From positions 1-60,910 of the forward strand of contig SXLG01000115.1 in assembly GCA_005777805.1 (NCBI GenBank): a stretch of DNA of 60,910 bases. The letters are read 5' to 3'. A program made the position numbers and the translations under genes. The notes beneath the pieces are model-generated. The model was not told the DNA's origin, made no database searches, and saw only the letters and a program-made list of their open reading frames with translations. Below, one piece after another: positions 19,035-28,037 of this stretch (within the stretch, counting starts at the first letter, position 1; every line of letters begins with the position of its first letter). The DNA is from Pseudomonadota bacterium (lineage in GTDB: Bacteria > Desulfobacterota > Binatia > UBA12015).

Positions 19035-20242
19035 ACCGCAAGGTGATCGAAGCCGGGCGCGACGTCCTCGATCTGCCCTCCGACGCTCTCGAGCTCAAGC
19101 TCGGGCCGTCTCATCCGGCCACCCACGGCACCGTGCGGATCCTGCTCCAGCTCGACGGCGAGCGCATCCGCAAGGCCGAGGTCGAGGTCGGCTACCTGCA
19201 CCGCGGTTTCGAGAAGGAGTGCGAGAGCGGGCAGTACTACCAGGTGTTCCCCTACACCGACCGGCTCAACTACGTCTCGCCGATGATCAACAATGTCGGC
19301 TACGCGCTGGCCTGCGAGAAACTCTTCGACCTGAAGACACCCGAGCGTTGTCAGTTCCTGCGGGTCATCGCGAGCGAGGCTTCGCGCATCGCCGATCACC
19401 TGACTTGCCTCGGGGCGTGCTCGCTCGAGCTGGGCGCGTTCACCGCTTTCCTCTACGCCGTCGAGGCCCGCGAGAGCGCCTGGGACATTCTCGACGCGAT
19501 GTGCGGTGCGCGCGTGACCACCAACTACGTTCGCATCGGCGGGCTCTCCCACGATACCGACCCTTCTTTCCCGGAACTCGCCCGCCACAAGCTCGCCGAC
19601 GTGGCTCGTTTGCAGAAGGATTTCGAGGACCTCCTGCTCGGCAATCCCATCTTCCGGGAACGGATGGAGGGCACGGGGATGCTGCCTGCGCCCGAGCTGA
19701 TCGCGCTCGGGGTCACCGGACCCGTGCTGCGGGCGGCCGGGGTGCCTTACGACCTGCGCCGGCTCGCTCCCTATCTGGTCTATGACAGGCTCGACTTCGA
19801 TGTCCCGGTGGGTGGCGCGGGCGACAACATGGACCGCTTCCTCGTGCGGACGGAGGAGATCCGCCAGAGCGCGCGCATGATCGAGCAATGTCTCGCGCGC
19901 CTGCCCGGTGGGCCGGTCGACATCGACGATCCACTCATCCGCCTGCCCGGCAAGGGCAAGGTGTTTGGGCGGATGGAAGAGCTGATCGGCCAGTTCAAGG
20001 TCGTCACCGAGGGACCGAAGCCACCTCCGGGCGAGGTCTACTTCGCGGTCGAGGGCGGCACGGGTGAGCTCGGGTTTTATCTTGTAAGCGACGGTACGGG
20101 GAAGCCCGTGAAGTGCCGGGCGCGTTCGCCCAGCTTCTCGAACACCCAGGCGCTGTCGCGGATGGTCGAGGGTTCGCTGCTCGCCGATGTGATTCCTACC
20201 TTCGACATGATCAACATGATCGGCGGCGAGTGCGACCGTTGA
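19031..20242 (+). CDS. nuoD: NADH:quinone oxidoreductase subunit D
   Basis: GPSHPATHG, GYLHRGFEK, DRLNYVS, GPVLRAAG, VEGGTGELG, LADV...D...GECDR. No Ni-binding CxxC motifs. Confidence 0.96.
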   Translation: MNRKVIEAGRDVLDLPSDALELKLGPSHPATHGTVRILLQLDGERIRKAEVEVGYLHRGFEKECESGQYYQVFPYTDRLNYVSPMINNVGYALACEKLFDLKTPERCQFLRVIASEASRIADHLTCLGACSLELGAFTAFLYAVEARESAWDILDAMCGARVTTNYVRIGGLSHDTDPSFPELARHKLADVARLQKDFEDLLLGNPIFRERMEGTGMLPAPELIALGVTGPVLRAAGVPYDLRRLAPYLVYDRLDFDVPVGGAGDNMDRFLVRTEEIRQSARMIEQCLARLPGGPVDIDDPLIRLPGKGKVFGRMEELIGQFKVVTEGPKPPPGEVYFAVEGGTGELGFYLVSDGTGKPVKCRARSPSFSNTQALSRMVEGSLLADVIPTFDMINMIGGECDR

Positions 20243-20253
20243 GAGGCGCAGGC

Positions 20254-20754
20254 ATGACCCTTTCGCAGCAGCTCATCGAACGCATTCGGGCCGAGTTCCC
20301 GAAGTACCCGGAGAAGCGGGCGGTTCTCCTGACTGCGCTGCATTTCGTCCAGGAGGAGCAGGGCGGCTGGGTGCCCCCCGAGCTGATCCCGGAAATCGCC
20401 GCACTGCTCGAGATCCACCCGATCGACGTCAAGGAAGTGGCCAGTTTCTATCATATGTTTCACGAGCACCCCGTGGGGCGCAGCCACCTGCAGGTCTGCA
20501 CCAACCTCTCCTGCGCGCTGCGTGGGGCGCGGGGTGTGGTGCGGCGACTCGAGGGCGTTCTCGGCGTGCGCCCGGGGGAGCTCAGCGCGGACGGCGAGTT
20601 CTCGGTCGAGGAAGTGCAGTGTCTCGGGTCGTGCGGATCGGCGCCGGTGATCCAGGTCAATAACGAGCCCTACCTGGAGAACGTCGCGCTGGGAGACGTC
20701 GAGACGCTCGTCGCCGGCCTGCGCGGGCGCCGGCTCGCGGCCGTGGGGGAATGA
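20254..20754 (+). CDS. nuoE: NADH:quinone oxidoreductase subunit E
   Basis: LHFVQEEQGGW, EVASFYHMF, VCTNLSC, VQCLGSCGSAP (2Fe-2S N1a). Confidence 0.95.
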   Translation: MTLSQQLIERIRAEFPKYPEKRAVLLTALHFVQEEQGGWVPPELIPEIAALLEIHPIDVKEVASFYHMFHEHPVGRSHLQVCTNLSCALRGARGVVRRLEGVLGVRPGELSADGEFSVEEVQCLGSCGSAPVIQVNNEPYLENVALGDVETLVAGLRGRRLAAVGE

Positions 20755-20758
20755 GCAA

Positions 20759-22045
20759 GTGACGATTCCGCGTCTCCTTCTCCCTCCCGAGGGCGAGAAC
20801 TGGTCGTCGCTCGAGACCTATCGGCGCAACGGTGGCTACAGCGCGGCCGAGAAAGCGATCGGCTCGATGGAACCGGCCGCGATCGCCGAGGCGGTCAAGG
20901 CCTCGGGGCTGCGCGGGCGTGGTGGGGCGGGCTTTGCCACCGGGATGAAGTGGTCGTTTCTGCCGAAGGACGGCAAGCGGCCCCGCTACATTGCCTGCAA
21001 CGCCGACGAGAGCGAGCCGGGCACCTTCAAGGATCGCCAGATCATGGAGCGCAACCCGCACCAGCTCGTCGAGGGGCTGCTCATCGCGGGCTTCGCCAAC
21101 GCCATCGATGCCGCTTACATCTACGTCCGTGGTGAGTACCGCGCTGCCTACGAGGCGCTGACCCGGGCGATCGGGGAGGCCAGGGCGGCCGGCTACCTGG
21201 GGCGCAATATCCTCGGGACAAGCCTCAACTTTGACGTGTTCGTGCACCGGGGTGCGGGGACCTACATCTGCGGCGAGGAACCCGCGCTGATGGAGTCGCT
21301 CGAAGGCCGCAAGGGCCAGCCCCGCAAGCGGCCACCGTTCCCGGCGATCGCCGGCTTGTGGCGGCGACCGACGATCATCAACAACGTCGAGACCATGAGT
21401 CACGTGCCGGGGATCATCGCACGAGGTGCGCAGGCCTTTCGCGAGATCGGTACCGAGAAGAGCGCGGGCACGACGATCTTCGGCGTGAGCGGGAACGTCC
21501 AGCGACCGGGCGCCTACGAGCTGCCGCTCGGAACGCCGCTCCGCGAGATCATCTTCGACCATGCCGGCGGACTGGCTCCGGGGCGCCAGCTCAAGGCGGT
21601 GATTCCCGGCGGTGTCTCGATGCCCGTGCTCACTGCCGAGCAAGCGATGACGGTCACCATGGACCATGACGCCCTGCAGGCCGCCGGCAGTCTGCTCGGC
21701 ACCGGTGCGGTCGTCGTGATCGACGACCGGCAGTGCGTGGTGCGTGCGGCTGCGGTGATCGCGAAGTTTTATCGGGTGGAGTCCTGCGGCCAGTGTACGC
21801 AATGCCGCGAGGGCACGGGCTGGCTGCACAAGCTCCTGCTGCAGGTCGAGAGCGGTCACGCCTCGGCGACCCAGCTCCAGGCCATCGAGGACGTCACCCG
21901 TTTCATGGAGGGCCACACGATCTGCGGGCTCTCTGATGCTGCCGCGTGGGCTTCAGGCTGGTTTCTGCGCCGGTTCCGAGCGGATTTTGAGGCTCACCTC
22001 GACGGGCAAGGTTGCCCGCACGACGGCACCTCGTTCGAGATCTAG
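20759..22045 (+). CDS. nuoF: NADH:quinone oxidoreductase subunit F
   Basis: SGLRGRGGAGF..G.KW, NADESEPGTFKDR, GAGTYICGEE, NNVET, ESCGQCTQCREG..TICGL. Confidence 0.97.
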   Translation: MTIPRLLLPPEGENWSSLETYRRNGGYSAAEKAIGSMEPAAIAEAVKASGLRGRGGAGFATGMKWSFLPKDGKRPRYIACNADESEPGTFKDRQIMERNPHQLVEGLLIAGFANAIDAAYIYVRGEYRAAYEALTRAIGEARAAGYLGRNILGTSLNFDVFVHRGAGTYICGEEPALMESLEGRKGQPRKRPPFPAIAGLWRRPTIINNVETMSHVPGIIARGAQAFREIGTEKSAGTTIFGVSGNVQRPGAYELPLGTPLREIIFDHAGGLAPGRQLKAVIPGGVSMPVLTAEQAMTVTMDHDALQAAGSLLGTGAVVVIDDRQCVVRAAAVIAKFYRVESCGQCTQCREGTGWLHKLLLQVESGHASATQLQAIEDVTRFMEGHTICGLSDAAAWASGWFLRRFRADFEAHLDGQGCPHDGTSFEI

Positions 22046-22047
22046 CC

Positions 22048-22356
22048 ATGTCGCACGCACCCTCAACACACCCAGCCGCGCCTCGGCGCAACGAGATCGT
22101 CGAGCGCCTCGGTACGCCCGATGAAACCGTCGGCAGCCTCAACGAGCCGCGGCTCGTTGAGGAGAACGGCTTCCGCTTCAACGAGAAGTGGATCTATCGC
22201 GCGCCGACCGGCGAGCTCTCGCGACCCCGCGAACGAGTGATCTACTGGCAACGCTACGATTTTCTCGGCTCGGTTCGCGTCGAGCGTGACGGGCGCAGGA
22301 TCCCCGAGTCGGCCGCCGAGTTGCTGGCGCGCGGAGCACGCGCCGGACACGGCTGA
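22048..22356 (+). CDS. Small hypothetical protein (102 aa), 2 nt downstream of nuoF
   Basis: Typical codon usage and tight coupling to nuoF. The IVERLGTPD...NEKWIY pattern recalls SmpA/OmlA-like small domains. Confidence 0.6.
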   Translation: MSHAPSTHPAAPRRNEIVERLGTPDETVGSLNEPRLVEENGFRFNEKWIYRAPTGELSRPRERVIYWQRYDFLGSVRVERDGRRIPESAAELLARGARAGHG

Positions 22357-22407
22357 CCCGCTGTCGCCCGCTTGCGGTTCGCCATGCCGGCCGCAGCAAG
22401 GGGATCC

Positions 22408-22430
22408 CGCACCCAACCTGAGGGGGTGCG
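22408..22430 (+). terminator. Possible hairpin at the end of the arn/nuo unit
   Basis: CGCACCC-N9-GGGTGCG. No U-tract. Confidence 0.25.
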
Positions 22431-22545
22431 CGGCCGGTGGGGCGCAGGCTCCCCGGCAAGCTCCCGGTGTGGGCATAACCTCTCGGTTGCTCACTCCGGC
22501 AGAGGGCTTTAGGCTTCACGGTGTTGCTCGCGCCTGGAGAACCCG

Positions 22546-23982
22546 ATGCTTGTTAAATCCCGGAGATGTCCTGATTCGGTGCGTGTCCTTGCTCTCGCCC
22601 TGGCCGTGTTCGCCTGCGGCAAGGGGAGCAGGGACGAGAAACCTCCTGCGCCGGGGGAGCTTCAGGTTCTGCTGCGCGACGGCGATGTCCTGCCGGGAGG
22701 CTTCGAGATCACCACGATCGAGAGCGCCAAGATGGCGACAGATCGGAGCGTCGCGTTCATCGCGTCGCAGTCTGGCGTGGATGCGCCGGGCGGCGTGTTC
22801 GTGCGCGCTCCCGGCGGCTCGACGCGCCCGGTCCTGACACCGACGGTTGGCGACAGCGGCGGACTGGCGCTCACCGTGGTGCGCAACCTGGTCATGGCGG
22901 CGGGGGGCGAGTTCGGCTTCGAGGTGGGTGACCAGATCGATGCTGACGGCTTTTTCGTCTTCGATGGCACGGCCCTGCACACGGCGGCTCATACCAGCGG
23001 TGCCGGGCAGCCCGAGAGCTTCCGGGTGCTCGGCGAAGCGCGGCTGAGTGCCGGCGGCGCGGTCGTGTTCAGTGCCGGCCAGGGCCCCTGCGAGGTGGAC
23101 TCCTCGACGGGAACCGAACGCATCACCTGTGACCTGGGTCTCTACGGTGGGCTGCCCGGTGAGATCCGGCCCATCGCCGTCCCCAATACCCTCTTGGCGC
23201 AAAGGCCGACCGCGATCACCGTTCAGGCCAACGGCAGCGGCCTGTTCGCGGTGGGGCTACCGGCACGCGGTTCCGAGCCACTGGTGGGGCTCGTACAGGC
23301 CGGCGAATTTTCAGGTGTGTTGAGTCGCCAGCAGGATCTGGCCGAACTCGGTGTCCTGCTCTCCGCCAAGCCGCGTGCCGTCTCGGAGTCTGGCGGGGTC
23401 GCGATCGACGGCAGCTTCGATCTCGACGGTGACGAGGAGCGCGACCTGGGCCGTGCTCTGCTGCTCGAGGCGGATGGTCGACTCAGCGCCATCGCCGAGA
23501 GCACGGGATCTTTTGAGGGCCAGCCGATCCAGGATGTCCGGGCCCGCGACATCGATGACAGCAACCGCGTCCTCTACAGTTTTAGCTTCGGTGAGGGCGA
23601 GCCGCGGATGGCAATCCGGGTCTGGGCGGCTGGCCAGACGAGCGAAGTCGCGCATGAGGGCAGGCCCTTTGGCGAGGACGATACGGGCAAACCGATACGC
23701 ATCCTCGAGATTGATCAGATGCGCATGACCCGCGCGGGCGACGTGCTCTTTGTGGCACTGCTGGGCAGCGTGGAGGAAGGGACCCGCCGCATCAGCCAGA
23801 CCGCGCTGATCCGTTGGCGCACGGGCCGGCTCGAGAAGGTACTCCGCACGCGCAGCACCGTCGAGGGCCGCACGCTCGTCGGCCTTTCGATCGCCGACGT
23901 CAATTCAGTCGGCGATCTTCTGCTGATCGGCGAGATCGAGCGGCGCGCAACACGAGCGCTGCTGCTTCTGCCCGCCGGTTGA
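22546..23982 (+). CDS. Predicted lipoprotein with repeated beta-rich units (beta-propeller-like)
   Basis: Hydrophobic signal with lipobox VFAC (start may be GTG 22579). Repeated units such as GSGLFAV, SGGVAI, SNRVLY, AGDVLF, NSVGDLLL, each preceded by P..G/G.P motifs. Confidence 0.7.
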   Translation: MLVKSRRCPDSVRVLALALAVFACGKGSRDEKPPAPGELQVLLRDGDVLPGGFEITTIESAKMATDRSVAFIASQSGVDAPGGVFVRAPGGSTRPVLTPTVGDSGGLALTVVRNLVMAAGGEFGFEVGDQIDADGFFVFDGTALHTAAHTSGAGQPESFRVLGEARLSAGGAVVFSAGQGPCEVDSSTGTERITCDLGLYGGLPGEIRPIAVPNTLLAQRPTAITVQANGSGLFAVGLPARGSEPLVGLVQAGEFSGVLSRQQDLAELGVLLSAKPRAVSESGGVAIDGSFDLDGDEERDLGRALLLEADGRLSAIAESTGSFEGQPIQDVRARDIDDSNRVLYSFSFGEGEPRMAIRVWAAGQTSEVAHEGRPFGEDDTGKPIRILEIDQMRMTRAGDVLFVALLGSVEEGTRRISQTALIRWRTGRLEKVLRTRSTVEGRTLVGLSIADVNSVGDLLLIGEIERRATRALLLLPAG

Positions 23983-24035
23983 GGCGTACCCGCCCAGAGA
24001 ACCAATTGGTTCGTCTGGGCGGGCGGCTTCGTTGG

Positions 24036-24440
24036 TCAGCGCGCGCTGCGGCGCTTGGCGACCGTCTTGCGCTTGGCGACGGTCTTGGTCTTGGCCTTGG
24101 CCTTGGCCGGAGCCTTGCGCGCCACGACCTTCTTGGCGACGGCCTTGCGCTTGGCCGGCTTGGCCACCGGCGCCTTCTTGCGATCGGCCGCCTTCCGCTT
24201 GGCGAGGTGTTCCTTCTCGATCTTCGCGAAGTCGACACCACCGACCTTGTAGCGACCGCGCACCTTCGGAATGTAGCGCAGACGCATCGCGATCTTGTGC
24301 TGCTCGTAGTGCTTCTCGCAGCGCCAGCCCTTGTAGGCCGGGAGACTGCAAAGCACACAGAGACCCAACGCACGATGTTTGCGCTGCCACCGGGCCTGCC
24401 GGCTGATCTGAGACTCGTCCTTCAGTTTTTTCTTGGCCAT
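24036..24440 (-). CDS. Very basic 134-aa protein with a CxxC-x9-CxxH motif and a Lys/Ala-rich histone-H1-like tail
   Basis: MAKKKLK...GLCVLCSLPAYKGWRCEKH...KRKAADRKKAPVAKPAKRKAVAKKVVARKAPAKAKAKTKTVAKRK. AGGGGG SD; AAG/GCC codon bias typical of an expressed gene. Confidence 0.8.
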   Translation of the reverse strand: MAKKKLKDESQISRQARWQRKHRALGLCVLCSLPAYKGWRCEKHYEQHKIAMRLRYIPKVRGRYKVGGVDFAKIEKEHLAKRKAADRKKAPVAKPAKRKAVAKKVVARKAPAKAKAKTKTVAKRKTVAKRRSAR

Positions 24441-24495
24441 GATCCCCCTACCCAGCCTCGTGGTCCACCCGAAGGTGGGCGAACCTTCCAAGGCC

Positions 24496-24524
24496 GGTTT
24501 AGAACTTAGTTAGAGAAGAGTCAA
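24496..24524 (-). promoter_or_regulatory. Putative sigma70-type promoter of the basic-protein gene
   Basis: TTGACT-N17-TAAACC on the minus strand within an AT-rich patch. The -10 match is only 3/6. Confidence 0.35.
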
Positions 24525-24664
24525 AGGCCTTGGAGAAGATTTCTCGTCGACCGAGCATCATCTTCTGGGCGTGACAGGCGAGGGGCCCGAGCACTCCCCC
24601 AGGCGTACCCGCGGCGGCGATGCCGGGACCCGAGGACTCGTGGCTTGCAAGCGGTGACCGATCC

Positions 24665-25114
24665 ATGCCTGCTTGGCGCATGGGAAGCGTGCTCATCGGC
24701 TTGGGGCTCCTGGTGGGTCTCGGGGTATCAGGGATTTCCAACCCAACCGAGGTCCGACTCGAGGGTTTTCTCGGAGGACATCCTCCAGGGGCTCGCATCT
24801 GGCAGAGGGTTCAGGTCCAGATTCATGAGGACAAACCCCGAGACTTTGAGGTGGTCAACCTGATCGTGCTGAGCCCGGGCCGGGAGTCGGGGGCCGATAT
24901 CCTCGCCTCGAGGCGACCGACGCGGCCGAATTTTATCCTCGCGGGTGACCAAAAACTGCTCGACCGGATCCGTGGGGCGGGGCCAGACGAATTCCTGCGG
25001 ATCCGAGGGAACCTGCTCCATGCCTCGCGCTGGATTCTGGTCAACGCCGTCGAGCGCAGCCCGCCCGGCCTCCCCGCCGCGCCGACCCTGCGTGAGCGTC
25101 TGCTCGGGTTCTGA
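24665..25114 (+). CDS. Exported/membrane-anchored hypothetical protein
   Basis: N-terminal hydrophobic segment VLIGLGLLVGLGV followed by a globular-looking region. Start uncertain (24620/24665/24680). Confidence 0.6.
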   Translation: MPAWRMGSVLIGLGLLVGLGVSGISNPTEVRLEGFLGGHPPGARIWQRVQVQIHEDKPRDFEVVNLIVLSPGRESGADILASRRPTRPNFILAGDQKLLDRIRGAGPDEFLRIRGNLLHASRWILVNAVERSPPGLPAAPTLRERLLGF

Positions 25115-25495
25115 GGCGCCCGGAGAGCGCCAGTGGGTGGGGATCTGCTCGGGCGGGAGGACGGCCGGGCCTCTGCGTGCGGGGCGAGGGGTTGGAGATG
25201 CCCCTTGGTAGACCTGCTGCACATCGTTGCGTGGCCACGCCGCCCGTGCCGCCGACGAATCGGACGGTTCTCGGTCCGCGGGTGGCGCCAGAAACACCGT
25301 TGCGTGGCTGCGCGAGCCGCGGCTAGAGTCCGCGGGGCGGCGGTCCGATAGCCCCATAGGGCCGGACGACCCGGTCCGACTGCCGGATTCCCTTCTCGTT
25401 CGAGACTCCTATTCCATGCAGCAGCGTTCCATCCCTCCATCGAGGCGCGAGGCCCCGGGGCCGGTCGCCCGCCCGTTGCCGGGCGAAGGTCGCTG

Positions 25496-27004
25496 ATGCG
25501 ACGCCCCAATATCGTTGTCGTCCTGCTCGACACCCTGCGGGCGGACCATCTCTCCTGTTACGGCCATTCGCGCGACACCAGCCCGGCGCTCTCGCGCTTG
25601 GCGGAAGAGGGCACGCTCTTCGAGCAGGCGGTCTCGCCTGCGGCGTGGACGCCACCCGCGCACGCCTCGCTCTTCACCGGCACTTTCCCCTCGCGGCACG
25701 GCGTGGACCGGAGCAATCTCGTCCTCGGGCCCGACCTCGAACCGCTGCCGCATGTGCTCCGGCGGCACGGCTATCGGACCTATGCCGTGTCGAGCAACTA
25801 CTGGCTGAGCCGCGAGACCTGCTTCGACCGCGGCTTCGATCGCTTCGTGCACAGTTGGCAGCTCGTCCAGACGAGCGGGACAAATGCACCGCTAGCTCGG
25901 CAGCAGGCCAAGAGTGCACTCGGACTGGAGCGGCTCGAGCGCGCTGCCGAGGAGGGCGGCTTCAGCCGCTGGTACGCCGGCCTCCTGAACTCGACCTACG
26001 AGAAGGCGACCCAGAAGCTGCGCAAGCGCTACAACGCCTGGGACGACGGCGCCTGGCGCGTGTGTGCCCAGGCACGGCGCTGGCTTGGCGAGTGGTCGTC
26101 GTCCGAGGAGCCTTTCTTCGCCTTCCTCCACTTCATGGAGCCGCACATCCGCTACGCGGCTCCGGGGAGTTACCGCCACCGCCACCTGCCGCGCGGCGTC
26201 CCCGGTGCACGGGCCGAGCGCGTCAACCAGGACCCGTGGAAGTTCCTCACCGGGCGCAGCGAGATGACCGAGGAGGATTTCGATCTCCTCGGCCGGCTCT
26301 ACGACGGTGAGATCAGCTACGTCGACCAGCGTGTCCGCCAGATCGTCGAGATGCTCCGGACCGCACGGCTGCTCGATGACACGCTGCTCGTGGTGACCAG
26401 CGATCACGGCGAGAACCTTGGCGATCATGGCTTCATGGACCATGCCTACTGCCTCTACGACACGCTGCTGCGCGTGCCGCTCATCATGCGCGGGCCCGAG
26501 GGTTTCTCCGGCGGCGGGCGGGTCACGGGGCAAGTCCAGTCGAACGAACTCTTCGCGACCGCGCTCGAACTCGCGGGCGTGCCGGCCGACGATCCCGCGC
26601 GCGGGCAGATCGAGACCACGGGGACGCTCTTTCCGAGCGACGCCGGCGCAGCCGATCATCTCGCGGTGGCCGAGTACCGCGAGCCGCAGCCCCCGCTCGA
26701 GGTCCTGCGCCGCCGTTTCCCTGGTTTTGACGGGCGGGGCTTCGACCGCTCGTTGCGCATGGCCCGCGGCGGCGGCTGGAAGTACATCCAGGCCTCCGAC
26801 GGCGCCGAGGAACTCTACGATCTGGCCGCCGACCCTGGCGAAACCGATAATCGCGTTCTCGTCGAGGGGCCGCGCGCCGATTGCCTCAAGGGCGAACTCG
26901 AGGCTCGGTTCGGTCCGATGGCGGCTGCGGACACCGGCGGCGAAGGGCTCGATCTCGACGCCGATACGGTGAAGAAACTCGAAGCGCTCGGCTATCTGGC
27001 CTGA
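25496..27004 (+). CDS. Sulfatase-like hydrolase (alkaline phosphatase superfamily), WTPPAH variant
   Basis: PNIVVVLLDTLRADHL, SPAAWTPPAHASLFTG, FLHFMEPH, YDGEI, TSDHGE..GDH...DH, ELYDL..DPGE, LEALGY. Confidence 0.9.
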   Translation: MRRPNIVVVLLDTLRADHLSCYGHSRDTSPALSRLAEEGTLFEQAVSPAAWTPPAHASLFTGTFPSRHGVDRSNLVLGPDLEPLPHVLRRHGYRTYAVSSNYWLSRETCFDRGFDRFVHSWQLVQTSGTNAPLARQQAKSALGLERLERAAEEGGFSRWYAGLLNSTYEKATQKLRKRYNAWDDGAWRVCAQARRWLGEWSSSEEPFFAFLHFMEPHIRYAAPGSYRHRHLPRGVPGARAERVNQDPWKFLTGRSEMTEEDFDLLGRLYDGEISYVDQRVRQIVEMLRTARLLDDTLLVVTSDHGENLGDHGFMDHAYCLYDTLLRVPLIMRGPEGFSGGGRVTGQVQSNELFATALELAGVPADDPARGQIETTGTLFPSDAGAADHLAVAEYREPQPPLEVLRRRFPGFDGRGFDRSLRMARGGGWKYIQASDGAEELYDLAADPGETDNRVLVEGPRADCLKGELEARFGPMAAADTGGEGLDLDADTVKKLEALGYLA

Positions 27005-27026
27005 GGCGCTGGGGAGAGCGAAAGCC

Positions 27027-28034
27027 ATGGCATTGTGGAATCGCGGCAAGAACGGATCCGGGGCGGCTCCCGTGAGCCAGGCTCCCCCGGCGGCAGCGTC
27101 GGCGGTGGTGCGACCGGCGGGGGCCGGAGGCGTGGTGCGGGCCGTGGCGTCGCGTGGCGCAGCGCTGCCCGATCCCGTGGCCGGGGCCAACAACTACATC
27201 ATCGTCATTCTCGACAGTTGCCGCTTCGACTCGATGATGGCGGCACAGCCGAAGAACATCGCCCGCCTCGGCGAGATCCAGCGCGCCTGGAGTTACGCCT
27301 CCTGGACGGCACCCTCGCACTACAACCTCCTGATGGGCCTCGTGCCCCATACCAGCCCGCGCCACGTCTACGCCTCGGATTATTACAAGAAGGATTTCCT
27401 CAAGTACCGCGAGCGGCTCGGAGTCGAGCGGGTCGAGTTCAAGAGTCTCGTACCGCAACTCTTCCTGCCGACCTTCCTGCGCGGCCAGCTCGGCTACCGC
27501 ACGCACGCGACGGTCTCGATGCCGGTGCTCAATCCCTCGACGATCCTCAATCACGACTTTGACAGCTTCACCCTGATGGACCGCCACAACGACATGTCGG
27601 GCATGATCGAGCGGATGAAGTTCGACCCCGACCGGCCCTCGTTCCATCTGCTCAACGTCGGCGAGACGCACTATCCCTATGCGCTGCCATCGGAGAAGGA
27701 GAACGACTGGCCGAAGATTCACGGCGTGCACGGCGTCTTCAAGCACCTCGACGACCTCGTCGTCGGGGGCAAGCTCGAGGAGGCTGCCGAAGACGAAGAG
27801 GCGGACTTCTTCGACGACGCGCGCATGGAGCAGCTCCGCCAGCGCCAGATCGAGACCATCCGCTACGTCGACGGGCTCTTCGAGCGCCTCTACGACCTGG
27901 TGCCGCCAAATACCTTTATCACCGTGACGGCCGACCATGGCGAGCTCTTCGGGGAAGAGGGCTACTTCGGGCACGGCCCGATCGCCCACGAGAAGGTCTA
28001 CGAAGTTCCATTCGTCGAGGGCAAGATTCGCTGA
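27027..28034 (+). CDS. Compact alkaline-phosphatase-superfamily metalloenzyme (sulfatase-like core), WTAPSH variant
   Basis: IVILDSCRFD, ASWTAPSH, NVGETHYPY, TADHGELFGEEGYFGHGP..HEKV.EVP. Confidence 0.85.
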   Translation: MALWNRGKNGSGAAPVSQAPPAAASAVVRPAGAGGVVRAVASRGAALPDPVAGANNYIIVILDSCRFDSMMAAQPKNIARLGEIQRAWSYASWTAPSHYNLLMGLVPHTSPRHVYASDYYKKDFLKYRERLGVERVEFKSLVPQLFLPTFLRGQLGYRTHATVSMPVLNPSTILNHDFDSFTLMDRHNDMSGMIERMKFDPDRPSFHLLNVGETHYPYALPSEKENDWPKIHGVHGVFKHLDDLVVGGKLEEAAEDEEADFFDDARMEQLRQRQIETIRYVDGLFERLYDLVPPNTFITVTADHGELFGEEGYFGHGPIAHEKVYEVPFVEGKIR

Positions 28035-28037
28035 GGG

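Noticed and set aside
15688-22045. Possible group 4 hydrogenase or formate dehydrogenase complex
   Set aside because: The NuoD homologue lacks both Ni-binding CxxC motifs, and the NuoG-like protein is short with no recognisable Mo/W ligand motif. NuoE and NuoF are typical complex I subunits.
23814-24509. Overlapping ORFs 23814..24509, 23900..24373, 23905..24390 and 24032..24406
   Set aside because: Alternative frames produced by the low-complexity Lys/Ala codons of the basic-protein gene.
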